A stretch of DNA of 64,000 bases from Mobula birostris (taxonomy: Eukaryota). This document shows positions 50,512-64,000 of this stretch, in pieces; within the stretch, counting starts at the first letter, position 1; each line of letters opens with the position of its first letter. The notes under the pieces are model-generated. The model had not been told where the DNA came from. It saw only the letters and a program-made list of their open reading frames with translations, and ran no database searches. The DNA lies in the NCBI RefSeq assembly GCF_030028105.1, contig NC_092370.1, positions 215,370,005 through 215,434,004 of the forward strand, given 5' to 3'. Position numbers and translations under genes: made by a program.

Positions 50512-53252
50512 CTAATGAAGTTCAGTATTCACTACAGAAAAGGATCTTGGCGTCTATAGGGATGACTTACAGCAGATTGAAAAGCTTTATCATATAGACA
50601 GTAAGAAAGAGGATGTGCTGGAGCTTTTGGAAAGCATCAAGTTGGATAAGTCTGTGGGACCAGATGAAATGTACCCCAGGCTACTGTGAGAGGCAAGAGA
50701 GGAGATTGCTGAGCCTCTGGCAATGATCTTTGCATCATCAATGGGGACGGGAGAGGTTCCGGAGGATTGGAGGGTTGCAGATGTTGCTCCCTTATTCAAG
50801 AGAATAGAGATAGCCCAGGAAATTATAGACCAGTGAATCTTACTTCAGTGGTTGGTAAGTTGATGGAAAAGATCCTGATAGGCAGGATTTATTAACATTT
50901 GGAGAGGCATAATATGATTTGAAACAGTCAACATAGCTCTGTCAAAGGCAGGTCGTGCCTTGAGACTGATGGAATTTTTTGAGAACGTGACTCCTTCTTC
51001 GGCTGTCCATTGATTTCGATGTTGACTGTGACTAAACATGTTGATGAAGGAAGAGCAGAAAATCCAAATATGGATTTCAGCAAGGCATTTAATAAGGTAC
51101 CCCATGCAAGGCTTATTAAGAAAGTAAGGAGGCATGAGATCCAAGGGGACCTTGCTTTATGGATCCAGAATTGGCTTTCCCACATAAGGCAAAGAGTGGG
51201 TGTAGATGGGTCATATTCTGCATGGGGGTCAGTGACCAGTGGTGTGCCTCAGGGATCTATTCTCTTCGTGATTTTTACAAAAGACCTAGATGAGGAAGTG
51301 GAGGGATGGGTTAGTAAATTTGCTCATGACATAAAGATTGGAGATGTTGTGGATAGTGTGGAGGGCTGTCAGAGGTTACAGCGGGACAGCAAAAGGATGC
51401 CAAACTGGGCTGAGAAGTGGCAGATGGAGTTCAACCCGGATAAGTGTGAGGTGGTTCATTTTGGTAGGTCAAATATGATGGCAGAATATAGTATTAATAG
51501 TAAGACTCTTGGCAGTGTGGAGGATCAGGGGGATCTTGGGGTCCAAGTCCGTAAGACACTCAAAGCTGCTGCGCAGGTTGACTCTGTGGTTAAGAAGGCA
51601 TACAGTGCATTGGCCTTCATCAACCTTGGGATTGAGTTTAAGAGCCGAGAGGTAATGTTACAGCTATATAGGACCCTGGTCAGACTCCCCTTGGAGTACT
51701 GTGCTCAGATCTGGTCACCCCACTACAGGAAGGATGTGGAAACTATAGAAAAGGTGCAGGGGAGATTTACAAGGATGTCACCTGGATTGTGGAGCATGCC
51801 TTAAAAGAATAGGTTTATGAATTTGGCCTTTTCTTCTTGGAGCGGTGGAGGATGAGAGGTGACCTGATGGAGGTGTATAAGATGATGAGAGGCATTGATC
51901 ATGTGGATAGTCAGAGGTTTTTTCCCAGGGCTGAAATGGCTATCATGAGAGGGCACAGTTTTAAGCTGCTTGGAAGTAGGTGCACAGGAGATGTCAGGGG
52001 TAAATTGTGTTTTTTTTTAAAACACAGAGAGTGGTGAGTGCATGGAATGGGCTGCCGGCAACGGTGGTGGAGGCAAATACAATAGGGTCTTTTAAGAGAC
52101 TCCTGGATAGGTACATGGAGCTTGGAAAAATAGAGGGCCATGGGTAACCCTAGGTAATTTCTAAAGTGAGTACATGTTGGGCACAGCATTGTGAGCTGAA
52201 ATTTTTCTATGTTTCTACCCTGCCCTCAAATTTACCTGGTCCATTTCCAACACCACCCTCCACTTTCTCAATATCTCTCTATCTCTGGAGACAGTTTATC
52301 CACTGATGTCTATTACAAACCCACTGACTCTCACAGCTTTTTGGATTATATCTCTTCCCATCCTGTTACTTGTAAAAATGCCATCCCCTTCGCCAGACCT
52401 GTAGTTCTTTCACCAATCAACTTCCCAGCTCTTCACTTCACCCCTCTCCCTTCTCTGGTTTCATCTATCACTTTGTGTTTCTTCCTCCCCTCCCCCATTC
52501 CTTCTAACTCTGACTCCTTTTTTTCCCAGTCCTGCTGATGGGTCTCAGCCTGAAATGTTGACTGTACTATTTTCCATAGATGCCACCTGGCCTGTTGAGT
52601 TCCTCCAGTATTTTGTGTGTGCAGACCACATTAGTTCTATTGGATATACAATAGAAGTATATGTGACATTGAGAATTTTGGAATTGAACACAAGTACTTA
52701 TTGATTAAAGAAAGAAATGTAAATTTTGAAATGTAAATAAATGTAAATGTAGAAGCATGTACCAAATCAGGCTCTAAATAACTATTCCATGTTTATTGCA
52801 ACTATATCAACAACCTAGTATTACAAAATGCTGCATTTTTCTCAAGTATCAAACTCGGCTTCCAGAATTTTTTTTAAACTTACAAAAATTCCTTAAAGCA
52901 TATTCTAAAATAGAAATCACCAGCTAGTATCATAACGCTGGTAGGAAATCTTCAGCCAGTTCTCTCAACCTAAGATTTCAAAAAAAAGTCTAGGGCAAAA
53001 TTAAGTATGTCTTTCATGGTTTCTGACCTATGTTTAGGTAGGGAAAGATAATGGGAATTTGTTCACTCATTATTCAGCTTCCATTTAACAAGTATGCCTG
53101 CTCACTGCTTTACTTTAGAGAGGCTCTGCTCCAGACAGATTCATTTCATAAAACACATTTCCTATAATGGACTATAACTCACTCCATGGTCACTGTTAAA
53201 CCAATTACTGGCCTGTATTCAATTTGTAAGCACATGAAGTCAGTGAACATAC

Positions 53253-53342
53253 CCAAGTTCTTCACAGAGCTCGGTCCTGGGACAGAATAATTCATCCACT
53301 GCTGCTTGAATTACATCACCCAAGAGAGAATCTCGTGAAGGA
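53253..53342 (-). CDS. C14orf28: C14orf28 coding exon 3
   Basis: Acceptor …TTTGCTGAAG, donor GG|GTATGT, 90 nt; encodes PSRDSLLGDVIQAAVDELFCPRTELCEELG. Confidence 0.9.
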
Positions 53343-54575
53343 CTTCAGCAAATAAAAAGAAATCTTAGTCTCTAAATTGGGAATCACATCACAAGCAAAA
53401 ACACTTGCATTGTGTTGCACTGTGTCAGCATCAGTTACACCAAGAGAAGAAATTTATCAAACAAAAAATGATTAATTTCAGTAAAATATTCACAGTAATA
53501 CATTAACTTGTTAATTACAATATTACTTCAAGCTGCTGAATTGTGATCTTGTATGATTTCTTGTTTCAGAATTGCTTCTCACAATAATTGATCACTTTTT
53601 ATTTCTGATTAACAGGGAACATCTTAAATATCACAAGTTTAAATTACTCATCTATCCAAGTTTAAATTACCATGCACAGGGTAGTGGATGGTGAAATTGA
53701 AAATGCTGGACATAATACACTGATGTGAAGCTTTAATTTGGTGTCTCTAACAAATTATACCAAACTTTCTCTGTTTGTTCAGCCTTTCGGCTTTTGTTTC
53801 AAGTTTAAATTAACCAGAGATGACTCTCTAGTAATTGCATCATATGATACAAAGTTTATGAACTGTGATCATTTTCTTACAAGTTATTTAGTCAAAATGG
53901 AGGCACAACAGTTTTGTATCTCAGCAGAAAGCTGAAGTATGTTAACAGTTGCCTGTTCAGTCTAAACTTAATTCAGTTTTCTGCAAATTTCATCTGTTGT
54001 TGAAAAGTTTTTCAACTTCAGTTATTTCCTGAATACTTTCATTCTGAACAAGAAGCTGAAAATGCCTCTTCATTATGCCCTTATTATTAATTTTTAAAAT
54101 TTGTGCTATTTTCTTTTACTTGCACAGCTTTTGAATGGAAATAAATGGAAAAAATAAGTATCAACTTGGACTTAGTATTTAGAGACATTACCTCCATACT
54201 ACTCTTATGTCAGTAAGTGACTGTGTAACGAATGATAAAATGAGATGTTTGTTATTAAAGATTAATTCACTATGTATGTCCTTAACTGAAATTCCACTGG
54301 ACCAGGCAATCCAGCATTTAAAGAACTTTAAATATTGTACTGAAAAAAGAAATCCTTAAGAATCCCTGTGTTCGCAGAGACTGAATGAAGCTCATTCTAT
54401 TGTGTCCAGTTTTAAAAGAAACAAATTAGGTCAATATTATGACAATTTATAACTGATAAATTCATACCAGTAAGAACAGGGCTTAGATTATCCTAACTCA
54501 TTTCATAGAACTACTACAATTCGCTGGTTGCAAATTAAAATTAAGCTTTCTTATTGGAAATAAAAGTAAACCTAC

Positions 54576-55168
<593 letters not shown>

Positions 55169-55689
55169 TTATACAATGTAAAAATGACACATCAGAATTT
55201 TTTTTCCTAATTTATCAATTGTGACACGTTTCTTCAGGTGGTTCCAGTAGTGTTATTTTAATCCAATTACTGGCTGGATTACTAGCTAACAGTAAAACAA
55301 AGAGCTTATATAATCAGATAATTGGATTACCAAATTTACATGTACAAGTCAGCTATTAATACTACATATGTAGGGAACAAATCATCTGGCAGAGCATGCT
55401 ATCTTTTTCAAATACCAACAGTGCTACAACATTCAAATCAATGTTTACTCAGCTCTGTACCGAACTATGGGCCTGAGACTCGCTTTGTGGACTTTAGCTC
55501 AGAACGCTATTTACTTGCAGTTATTGTTTGCAAGATTTGATTTTTTTTTTCTCTGCACAGTGGGGTGCTTGATGGTCTTTTTTTAATAGGTTCTTCTGGG
55601 TTTCGTGGCTACCTGTTAGGAGACGACTCTCAAGATTGTATAATGAGATAAACAATAACGAGGTAGATTGTCGGTCAGAGTACCGTTTA

Positions 55690-56310
55690 GTAGTTTTAGA
55701 GTAATAGAAGCTGTCCTTGAGCCTGGTGATATATGCTTTCAGGCTTTTGTATCTTGATGGTGAAGGAGATGTGGGGATGTGTGGAGAGAAAATATCCATG
55801 GTGGCAGCCGCCTTTGATCATGCTGGCTACTTTACCAAGGCAGCAGAAAGTGTAGACAGAGTCCTTGGAAGGGAGACCAGTTTCTGAGCTGTGTGCACAT
55901 CACTCTGCAATTTCTTTCAGTCATGGGCAGAGTAATTGCCAAATCCAAGCAGCAAAGCATCTGGATAGAATGATTTCTAGTTAAAAGCTGATGAGGGTCA
56001 AAGTGGACGTACTGAATTTCTTTGGCTTCCTGAGAAAGTGAGCTTTCTTGGCCATGACAGGCTATTCGTGATGCTCACTCCAAGGAACTTAAAGCTCTCA
56101 ATCTCAGTACCATTGATGTGGAAAGGAGCATGAGCACACCCCGCTTCCTGAAGTCAATGACGAGCTCTTTCCATTTGCTGACAATGTGGGAAAGGTTGTT
56201 GCCATGACACCATGTTACTAAGCTCTCTATCTTCTTCCCCTATTCCAACTCGTTGTAATTTGAGATACCGCCACTGCAGCGGTATCATCTGCAATCTTGT
56301 TGATGGAGTT
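55690..56310 (-). mobile_element. Degenerate Rex1/Babar-like LINE fragment
   Basis: Similar to 47191-48508 and 57601-58370; many disabling mutations. Confidence 0.6.
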
Positions 56311-57600
56311 AGAGGATGTATTTCGTATTAAGTTTGTGGCCTATGCAATCAGTATGATGGTTTCAATGTAATCTGTAGATTAGATGTCGTCCGCTGCTCA
56401 CAAAATTTCTATGGTTATAGACTTAAATAATATCCCCAAGTGAATTACACAATAACCTACCCCTTCAGAACTGAATGTATAGAAAACAGATCTATTTTAC
56501 ACAATTGTTCAAAATAGGCACTAAAGCAATGCATTTTAAAAGAAAGAAAGACTATTATCCTCAATGCTCAAACCAGCAAAAGCAAACACGCACACACAAA
56601 ATTTCTACCTTAAATCTACTTATTTTAAGATCCAAGTTATTAGTCCAGAAAGTAAACTTGCTAAGGTCTATTTTTTGTGTGTGTTGCTTGAATTTCCAGC
56701 ATCTGCAGATTTCCTTGTATTTGCCAAGGTCTTTATTCCTTCTCCATCAGTTTTGAGATGTATTTCCATACATATTAAATTCATATTTCAAGTTATGACT
56801 CAATTTTTGTCTCCTATTTTCATTTTTCTTAAATACTTCTTATCTGGAGTGATTGAAGACAATTGGTCAGTACTCTCCAGAGTTGAGGAAAATGAAGAGC
56901 AATTCTGTTTACTGACAGGCTAGACATGGAGGTAATTTTCTTTCAGGAAGAACCTAAAATTTGGAAGAAGTACTGCAGTAAGAGGAAGTCCATTGATACG
57001 TGATACAAAAAGAAAAATTGACTAAGTGGTCCATGACTATCTGAAGTAATGAATTTCCATAGTATTAAAAGGTTAAAGATCTTTATTCCTTGGGGAATTC
57101 TTTTTCTTAGGTAGCCATGAATGCTTAGTTATTCACTGTAATAAGGTTGGGATAAAGATCTTTGGATAAGAAAGAACTGGGCAAGAAAATGGACAGAGGA
57201 TGAACCATAAACAGTGAGGCAAGCAATATGGCCTAACCCCTCCGGATGCTTTCCTGGTTCTAATGCAGCTGTTTAATTCATTTCTGAATAACTCAAAATT
57301 AATCATTATTCTCAATCATCAGTATGTGCTTTTTGCAAACAAACAACATTCAAATGTTGCAAAGCTCTCTCCCCGTCCCATCCCATTCTCCAGAGCAGGT
57401 GGTTTCTCCTGGAGAATTATGGCCTCTGATCACTAAAGGTAATTAAGAAGGTAAATATGGTTTTAAATTCAAGGTCACAAGATATTGGTGTACAAGAAAA
57501 GAGTTGAGGCTTGTGGCAGGCCAACCATGAGTGACAAGATAAGTTTTGGGGAGTGGACAGAAACAGGTAGCCTACTCCCATTGTATTTGATATATCAAAA

Positions 57601-58370
57601 GAATTGAATTGACTTTATTTCTTACATCCTTCACATACATGAGTAAAAATCTTTACGTTATGTCACCATCTAAATGTGCAATCATAGTAATTTATAATAA
57701 ATAGAACAGTCAATGTAATATAGAGTACACTCAAACCAGCATGAGTTCATCAGTCTGATGGCCTGGTGAAAGAAGCTGTCCCAGAGCCTGTTGGTCCTGG
57801 CTTTTATGCTGCGGTACCGCTTCCCGGATGGTAGCAGCTGGAATAAATTGTGGTTGTGGTGACGCGAGTCCCTAATGATCCTACAGGTCCTTTTTACACA
57901 CCTGTCCTTGTAAATGTCCTGAATCATGAGAAGTTCACAACTGCAGATGCGCTGGGCTGTCCACAACCACTCTCTGCAGAGTCCTGCGATTCAGGGAGGT
58001 ACAGTTCCCATACCAGGCAGTGATGCAGCCAGTCAAGATGTTCTCAATTGTGCCCCTGTAGAAAGTTCTTAAGATTTGGGGGCCCGTACCAAACCTCCTC
58101 AACCGTCTGAGGTGAAAGAGGTGGTGTTGTGCCTTTTTCACCACACAGCTGGTGTGTACAGACCATGTGAGGTCCTCGGTGATGTGGATGCAGATGATGT
58201 GGATGATGTGGAAGCTGTTTACCATCTCAATCCCAGATCCATTGAAATCAATAGGGGTTAGCCTGTCTCCATTCCTCCTCTAATCCATAACCAGCTCCTT
58301 TGTTTTTACGACATTGAGGGAGAGGTTGTTTTCTTGACACCACTGTGTCAGAGAGATGCCTTCCATTCTG
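57601..58370 (-). mobile_element. Rex1/Babar-like LINE 3' fragment
   Basis: ITEDLTWSVHT…LRTFYRGTIENILTGCITAWYG; LLPSGKRYRS; (CAATT)n tail. Confidence 0.85.
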
Positions 58371-58468
58371 AGAATATTTTCAGCACACAAGAGGGAATCC
58401 AACATTGTGTTTCTACTGAAAGATAACCACTATAGTCTAAAGCAGTTTTCTTTGTTATATCTGATGTA

Positions 58469-59048
58469 CACTCAGTGGCCACCTGCTCGTTAATGCAAAT
58501 ATCTAATCAGCCAATCATGTGGCAGCACTTAATACATAAAAGCAAGCAGACATAGTCAAAAGGTTCCGTTGTTGTTCAAATTGAACATTAGAATGGGGAA
58601 GAAATGTAACCTAAGTGACTTTAACCATGAAATAATTGTATGTGCTAGACAAGGTGGTTTCTCAGAAACTTGATCTCCTAGGGATTTTCCACGCAGAAGT
58701 GTCTACAGAGAGTGGTGTGAAAAAGAAACAAAAAAAAACGGTGTGCAGCAGTTCAATGGGCGAAAATGCACTGTTAATGAGAGAGGTCAGAGGAGAATAT
58801 CCAGACTGGTTTCTGGTTCAAGTCAACAGTAACTCAACCACACGTTACAACAGTGGTGTGCAGAAAGACCAACAATAACCATCCTGAAGTCCTAACAAAG
58901 ATCTCAGCCCGAAACTTTGACTGTTTATTCTTTTCCATAGATGCTGCCTAGACGGCTAATTTCCTCCAGCATTTTGGGTGTGAGCCTTGAAGTGGACAGG
59001 CTACAACCAGAAGAGCACGAAGCAGAAGGGGGTTAAGTGGCCACGGTG
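58469..59048. mobile_element. Tc1/mariner-type MITE with a nested PLE-end fragment
   Basis: TA|CACTCAGTGGCCAC … GTGGCCACGGTG|TA ends. Confidence 0.65.
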
Positions 59049-59459
59049 TATAATCATAGCAATTTAGATATCTATTAATGACTTTCCGCTGTTACTGGAG
59101 ACTTAATCAACTCATCAATCTACTGTAAAAAACATTGCAAACTTATAATGTTCCTTCCAACATCTTGACTTGCTCCTTTTATTACGATGTCATCATTAAA
59201 AGATCCATTTTACGGATGTACCATAGAACTCTTTTTTTAAAAAATGCAATTTTCTTAATGTTGTGCTATATGACATAGCCCAATTCAAAACTGAAACTGT
59301 ACAAATACTCCCAATTATTCTGCAGATTATAATATCAGTTAGTGAACATATGGAGAACCACAAGTCTTGGTCTTGAAGTTCCCTGAGGATAGGAGCGAGT
59401 TTATCCCAATAACTGACACACCTCCGCAATGAAGTGAACTCCAGAAAAGTTCAAACAAA

Positions 59460-59960
59460 TTCGCGTGTGGCCTGTGAACTCATCGTTAACTTTGTGCTCA
59501 CCTCTCACGCTGATAGTACCCTACTCCAGTCCGGTTCAAGTGCTGCGCGTCCCCTGCGGTGTCGACAATCACGCCATAAGGCACGGAGCTCGCATCCATA
59601 ACGCCATCAGCCACTGGCCCCCGCACTCGCGGCCTGTTGTTGTTATTGTGCAACGTCACTCCCCGTCCCGACGCACACCGCGCCCGCGGGATCAGGGGCG
59701 GGGCCACGTCTGATGCAAGGAGGCAGGAGCGGCCAGGGTGGGCGGAGCGAGCGCGGAGGCGGGGCCCACCACACGGGGCGGGGCTTGGCTGGTTGGCTGC
59801 AGAGCAACGGAACAACCCGTAGGAGAAAGTGAACGGCATCTGTGGAAGTGAAAAGATTGATCGACGCTTTGGGTCGAAAGCCTGCATCAGATTTCCTCTA
59901 GCAGTTTAGAGACCGTAGAGGCGGCAATCCGGAACGTCACCACATCGAGCAGCAGCAGTT
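59460..59960 (-). promoter_or_regulatory. CpG-island promoter of C14orf28
   Basis: CpG-rich, with several GGGGCGGG/GGCGGG Sp boxes (for example 59695-59703) and CRE half-sites CGTCA. Confidence 0.75.
59502..59599 (-). CDS. C14orf28: C14orf28 predicted first coding exon (N-terminal extension)
   Basis: ATG in a good Kozak context (GTTATGG); encodes MDASSVPYGVIVDTAGDAQHLNRTGVGYYQRE. Donor AG|GTGAGC is phase 2 and joins exon 2 in frame (AG+G = Arg). Confidence 0.8.
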
Positions 59961-61589
59961 GTGATTGTAGAGTCTCTACTCGAAATTCCTTCCCTCCAGC
60001 AGTTTAAGGAGGAAATTTTAATGGTGTACAACATAGCACAGAATGCCAATCCAAACTATTTGCCTGGACATGGTCTACCATTCCCCCATTACCTGCCTGT
60101 AGGTATGATTATTTAAATAACTTAAACTTTAATGACATGAACTGAACTATTGGTACAGGGAATGTAGATAATGGTGACCTTGAATGGCGATACCATTGTA
60201 TTTTATATACGCATTGTGACTAAAGTATAGTTTTAAGGGGGAAATATCTTTTGTGAGAGTGGTGTACATTGCTATGATTCTTACATGATTATTCTGGTTT
60301 AAAATTATGCACGATGGTACAATTCATAAATTTCATCATTATAAGATACAGGAACAGAATTGGGCCATTTGGCCCATCGAGTGTGCTCTGCCATTCAATC
60401 CTAGCTGATTCTTTTTTTTTCCCCTCCTCCTCTGCCCCACTCCCCAGCCTTCCCCCTGTAACTTTTGATGCCATGCCCAATTAAGAATCTATCAATCTCT
60501 GCCTTAAATACACCCAATGACCTGGTCTCCACAGCTGCCTGTGGTAACAAATTCAACACTATCTGCCTAAAAAAAAAAAATCCATCTGTAGAAATTTGCT
60601 AGAAATTTACTGAAATAACTAATTTCCCCAAACTCCTAATGAAGTGTAGCCATCTATGTGTCTTCTTCATTATTGCATCAATGGGTTGGGCTCAGGAGAG
60701 ATCCTTGGATATGTTACCATCCAGAAACTTGAAGTTGCTCACCCTTTTGACTGTTGCTGCCTCAATGTTGATTGGTGTGTGTTCTACTGATTTTCCCTTT
60801 CTCAAGTTCACTATCGATTCCTTGGTCTTGCTGTCGCTGAGTGATGCCAGTCCACCAGTTGATCTATCTCACTTCTTATCACCACCTGAGTTCTGCCAAC
60901 AACAATGGTGCTATTAGCATATTTATAGGTGGTGCTTGAGCTGTGCCTCACCACACAGAATGACACTGCCTAAGCAAGAGATCAGTGCCTGGGCTTCTAT
61001 AACATAGTGAATTGAAAAAGGGAGCTACATATAATACCTCTAAGTTTGTAGACTGCACCAAGCTGAGACAGAGGGAGAGGATGCAAAGCAGACCCAGTGT
61101 GCTTTAGAGATACAAGAGACTGCAGATGCTGTAATCTGTTGCAAAAAAGCAGACTATTGGATACATTCAGCAACATCAGTGGAAACAAATAAACCTGAAA
61201 TGTTGACCCTCCCTTTGCTTCCAAAGATGCACCATAACCTGCTAAGTTCTTCTATCTTTTTCTTGGGCCCTTAGCTCCCGGTGGAGCAGAGGCCATCGAT
61301 GACCTCCCATCTCCGTTGTCCAAAGTCGATGGCATGGTTGGAGTTCATCAGTGTTCCTGTAATCCATTGTATCCACTGTACAGGGAATTCAGTTTCACCA
61401 GAGCCTTTTATCCATTGGCACCCTCACAACAGAAACATAGGGTTGGACTTTGAGAGGTGCAAGTTCTTCCACCAGCTGTCTCTCACACACACACAAAAAA
61501 AACTGAAGGCAGATTATTATCAAAATGGTTACAGGTGGAGAACCAGTTGCTAAAAGCAATTGTTCAGGTGTAGCAAACAGTAAGGAAGG

Positions 61590-61905
61590 CAACTGGAAGG
61601 AGGATTTGAATATAGGAGCAAGAATCTACATTTTTGTAGCAGACACATAACCGTTGGTGTGAGACCATCAAGAGTAGTCTATGTAGTTAGAGTCTCCTCA
61701 TTTCAGGAAAGCTTTTCCTGTAATAAAAGAAATGCCACAAATGTTTATGAGACTGATTCTTGAAATGGCAGGCTAGATACATAACAAGAAATTGGACAGG
61801 TGAGCCTATATTCATTGGAGCTTAGTAGAATGACAATGGGATCTCACATAAAATTCCAACAGGATTAGACAGACTACCTACAGTGGGAATGCGCCTGGAG
61901 TCTGG
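61590..61905 (+). mobile_element. Degenerate CR1 fragment interrupted by the LTR element
   Basis: Eroded similarity to CR1 ORF2 3' regions (GFEYRSK…; LYSLELSRM). Confidence 0.5.
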
Positions 61906-64000
61906 TGTCAGGACGCTGGAGCAGGGATCAAACCGCAGACCCAGGACTGTGCACAGAGTGGTATTAATTGAGTAACAAATCCCAAGGTGCAAACAAAGTC
62001 AGCATCAAAGTTCAGGCAGAGATCAAAACATTCAGAGAAACCCAAAAACCAGAATTGGGAAACAGGCAGAGTCAATATTCAGACAGACAGAGTACAGATA
62101 CAAATGATGGAAAGACTCAGGAAAATTCACCAGCACAATCTGGCAACAAACAGGTGAAAACACAGGACTGAAATACACTGAGCAATAAACAGAGGCAGAT
62201 GATAGGTGGAGCACAATGAGACACAGGTGGTAGCAAAACAGGTAATAATGAGAAACAGATGAGAGATGGAGTACTCAGTAATACAGGGGCTGGAGTAGAG
62301 CGGGAATGAGGACAGGAGCACATGGGGCATGAAAACAAACGAGCACATGGCGATACAAAACCACAGACTGATGGCGAGGGGGAAAACACACAAAAAGACA
62401 AAGTTCAACTGGAGGTACTGATAGTAACAACCCCCCCCCCCCACAAACGGATGCCTCCTGGCGTCACGGCAGGTAAAGCTGGGTGCTGGCGATGGAAGTC
62501 CCTGATGAGAGAGGGGTCCAGGCGGGGACTCAGCACCTCTCCTCAGGACCGTAACCCTCCCAGTCCACAAGGTACTGGAGGCCATGGCCCCGGCGATGAA
62601 CGTCCAGTAGTTGATGCACCATGAAGGCCTCTGACCCATCGATGAGCCAAGAGGGTGGTGGTTTGGGGACAGGACAGGGGGGTGGCTCATGAAAGGCTTG
62701 ATGCAGGACACATGGAAGGTGGGTTGAATATGGCGGAGAGTGGAGGGGAGCTTGAGACGGATGGCAGCAGGGCTGATGACTTCAGCAATGGGAAGGGGGC
62801 CAATGAAGCGGAGGACAAGCTTGCAGGAATTCACCTTGAGGGGCAGGTCTCAGGTTAAAAGCCACACACACTGTCCCTGGTGGTAACATGGAGCCTTGGA
62901 GCAATGGCGGTCAGCTTGATGCTTGATCCTAGCAGAGGCACGGAGAAGGGCAGAGCGAATGCACCTCCACGTCTGCTGACAATGGCAGATGAATGCCTCG
63001 GCAGATGGAACGCCAACCTCCTCCTGGGCAGGAAACAGTGGAGGTTGGTAGCCAAGGCAGCACTCGAAAGGGGACAGACCGGTGGATGAGGACGGATGAG
63101 AGTTTATGGCACACTTGGCCAAGAGCAGCTGCTGACTCCACGCGGAGCCGTTCTGGGAGACCAGACACCACAGTACTGTCTCTAGCTGTTGGTTGGCCTG
63201 CTCGGTCTGGCCATTGGTCTCTGGGTGGAATCCTGAAGACAGACTCAGAGGCACCCAGAAGATTCCAGAATGCCCTCCAGAAGTTGGATGTGAGTTGAGA
63301 GCCCCTGTCTGACGCAACATCTACAGGTAAACCATGCAATTTAAAAACATGCAGTACTAATAATTTGGGTGTTTCTTTGCCAGAGGGGAGTTTAGGTAAA
63401 GGAATGAAGTGTACAGACTTGGAGAAACGATCAACTACTGTGAGGATGGCGGTGTTACCATCTGATGGGGGAAGGCCAGTGACAAAATCCAGGGCAATGT
63501 GGGACCAGGGTCTCTCGGAGATAGACAGAGGCTGTAACAGAGCGGGTGACCGGTTAGAACTCTTGCCTTGAGCACAGACCGAGCAGGCTGAGACAAAGTT
63601 GTGGATATCATCTCCCAGGGAGGGCCACCAGAACCGCCGACTGATGAAGACCTTAGTATGCTTGGGTCCATGGTGACAGGATAACTGGGAAGAATGACCC
63701 CACTGCAGTGCCTGTGAGTGGACAGAGCTGGGAACATAAACACTATTAGAGGGGCATTGACTAGGGGCTGCCTCGCTCTGTTGAGCAGCTTGCACAATGG
63801 ATTCAATGTCCCATTGTGCTGCACCCACAAGCAGGGAGGATGACATCGGGTACCTCAGGGGTCTCAGAGGAGGGAAATCTTTGAGAGAGGGCATCAGGTT
63901 TTCCATTCTTGGAAATGGGGTGGAAGAACAGAGTAAAATTGAATCTTGAGGAAAAACAGGGACGAACGAGCTTGACGGGAGTTGAGACACTTGGCAGTAC
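61906..64000 (-). mobile_element. Chromodomain-bearing Gypsy (chromovirus) remnant: integrase plus 3' LTR (61906-62429), continuing beyond the window
   Basis: HSSQLSCHHG…[53 protein letters not shown], and chromodomain [15 protein letters not shown]-tract PPT, then a TG…CA LTR. Confidence 0.9.

Larger units (their letters stand above)
46706..52217 (+). mobile_element. Long CR1 LINE (ORF1 SGNH esterase, ORF2 APE-RT), degenerate and itself interrupted
   Basis: ORF1 esterase motifs (VIHIGTND; DRLHLNPRG). APE motifs (AITETW, GGGVA, GDFNFP, SDHN). RT motifs (DFSKAFNKVPH, GVPQGS, KFAHD). (TTTCTATG)n tail. Confidence 0.9.
45472..52621. mobile_element. Older fold-back Penelope-like element split by a CR1 insertion (PLE parts: 45472-46457 minus; 46458-46705 and 52218-52621 plus)
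   Basis: The PLE RT (AMGTCIGPGYAYLF…FLRYIDD…NFASNF) continues as PALKFTWSIS after 52218. GIY-YIG lies on the minus arm. Degenerate hammerhead at ~52528-52563. Possible TSD ACATTAGTT. Confidence 0.8.

Noticed and set aside
59600-59887. Longer 129-aa ORF upstream of the C14orf28 ATG
   Set aside because: Its ATG lies in an eroded PLE-end fragment upstream of the GC boxes, and the frame is open through GC-rich promoter sequence, probably by chance.

Overview
Vertebrate genomic DNA, AT-rich and dense in repeats. The mix of Penelope-like, CR1, Rex1/Babar, Tc1, Tigger and Gmr1 elements suggests a cartilaginous fish, probably a ray or skate (inference). The window holds the conserved TOGARAM1-KLHL28-C14orf28 cluster. 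TOGARAM1 is present as its 2-kb first coding exon (minus strand), head-to-head with KLHL28 across a CpG-island bidirectional promoter. KLHL28 is complete (plus strand, 4 coding exons, 571 aa when spliced by hand). C14orf28/DORIP1 is complete and convergent (minus strand, 5 coding exons, 360 aa when spliced by hand). Much of the intronic and intergenic space is mobile elements: a TSD-flanked, internally deleted Gmr1-like LTR element; two other Gypsy remnants; fold-back Penelope-like insertions with minimal hammerhead-ribozyme motifs; a nested PLE>CR1>Rex1 stack; and several DNA transposon derivatives. There is one 151-N assembly gap. The most interesting observation is that the reconstructed 'uncharacterised' C14orf28 protein has a complete, correctly ordered set of USP/CYLD-type cysteine-protease motifs with an apparently intact Cys-His-Asp triad. 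It also starts in an upstream exon, because the codon matching the human start ATG is ACT here.
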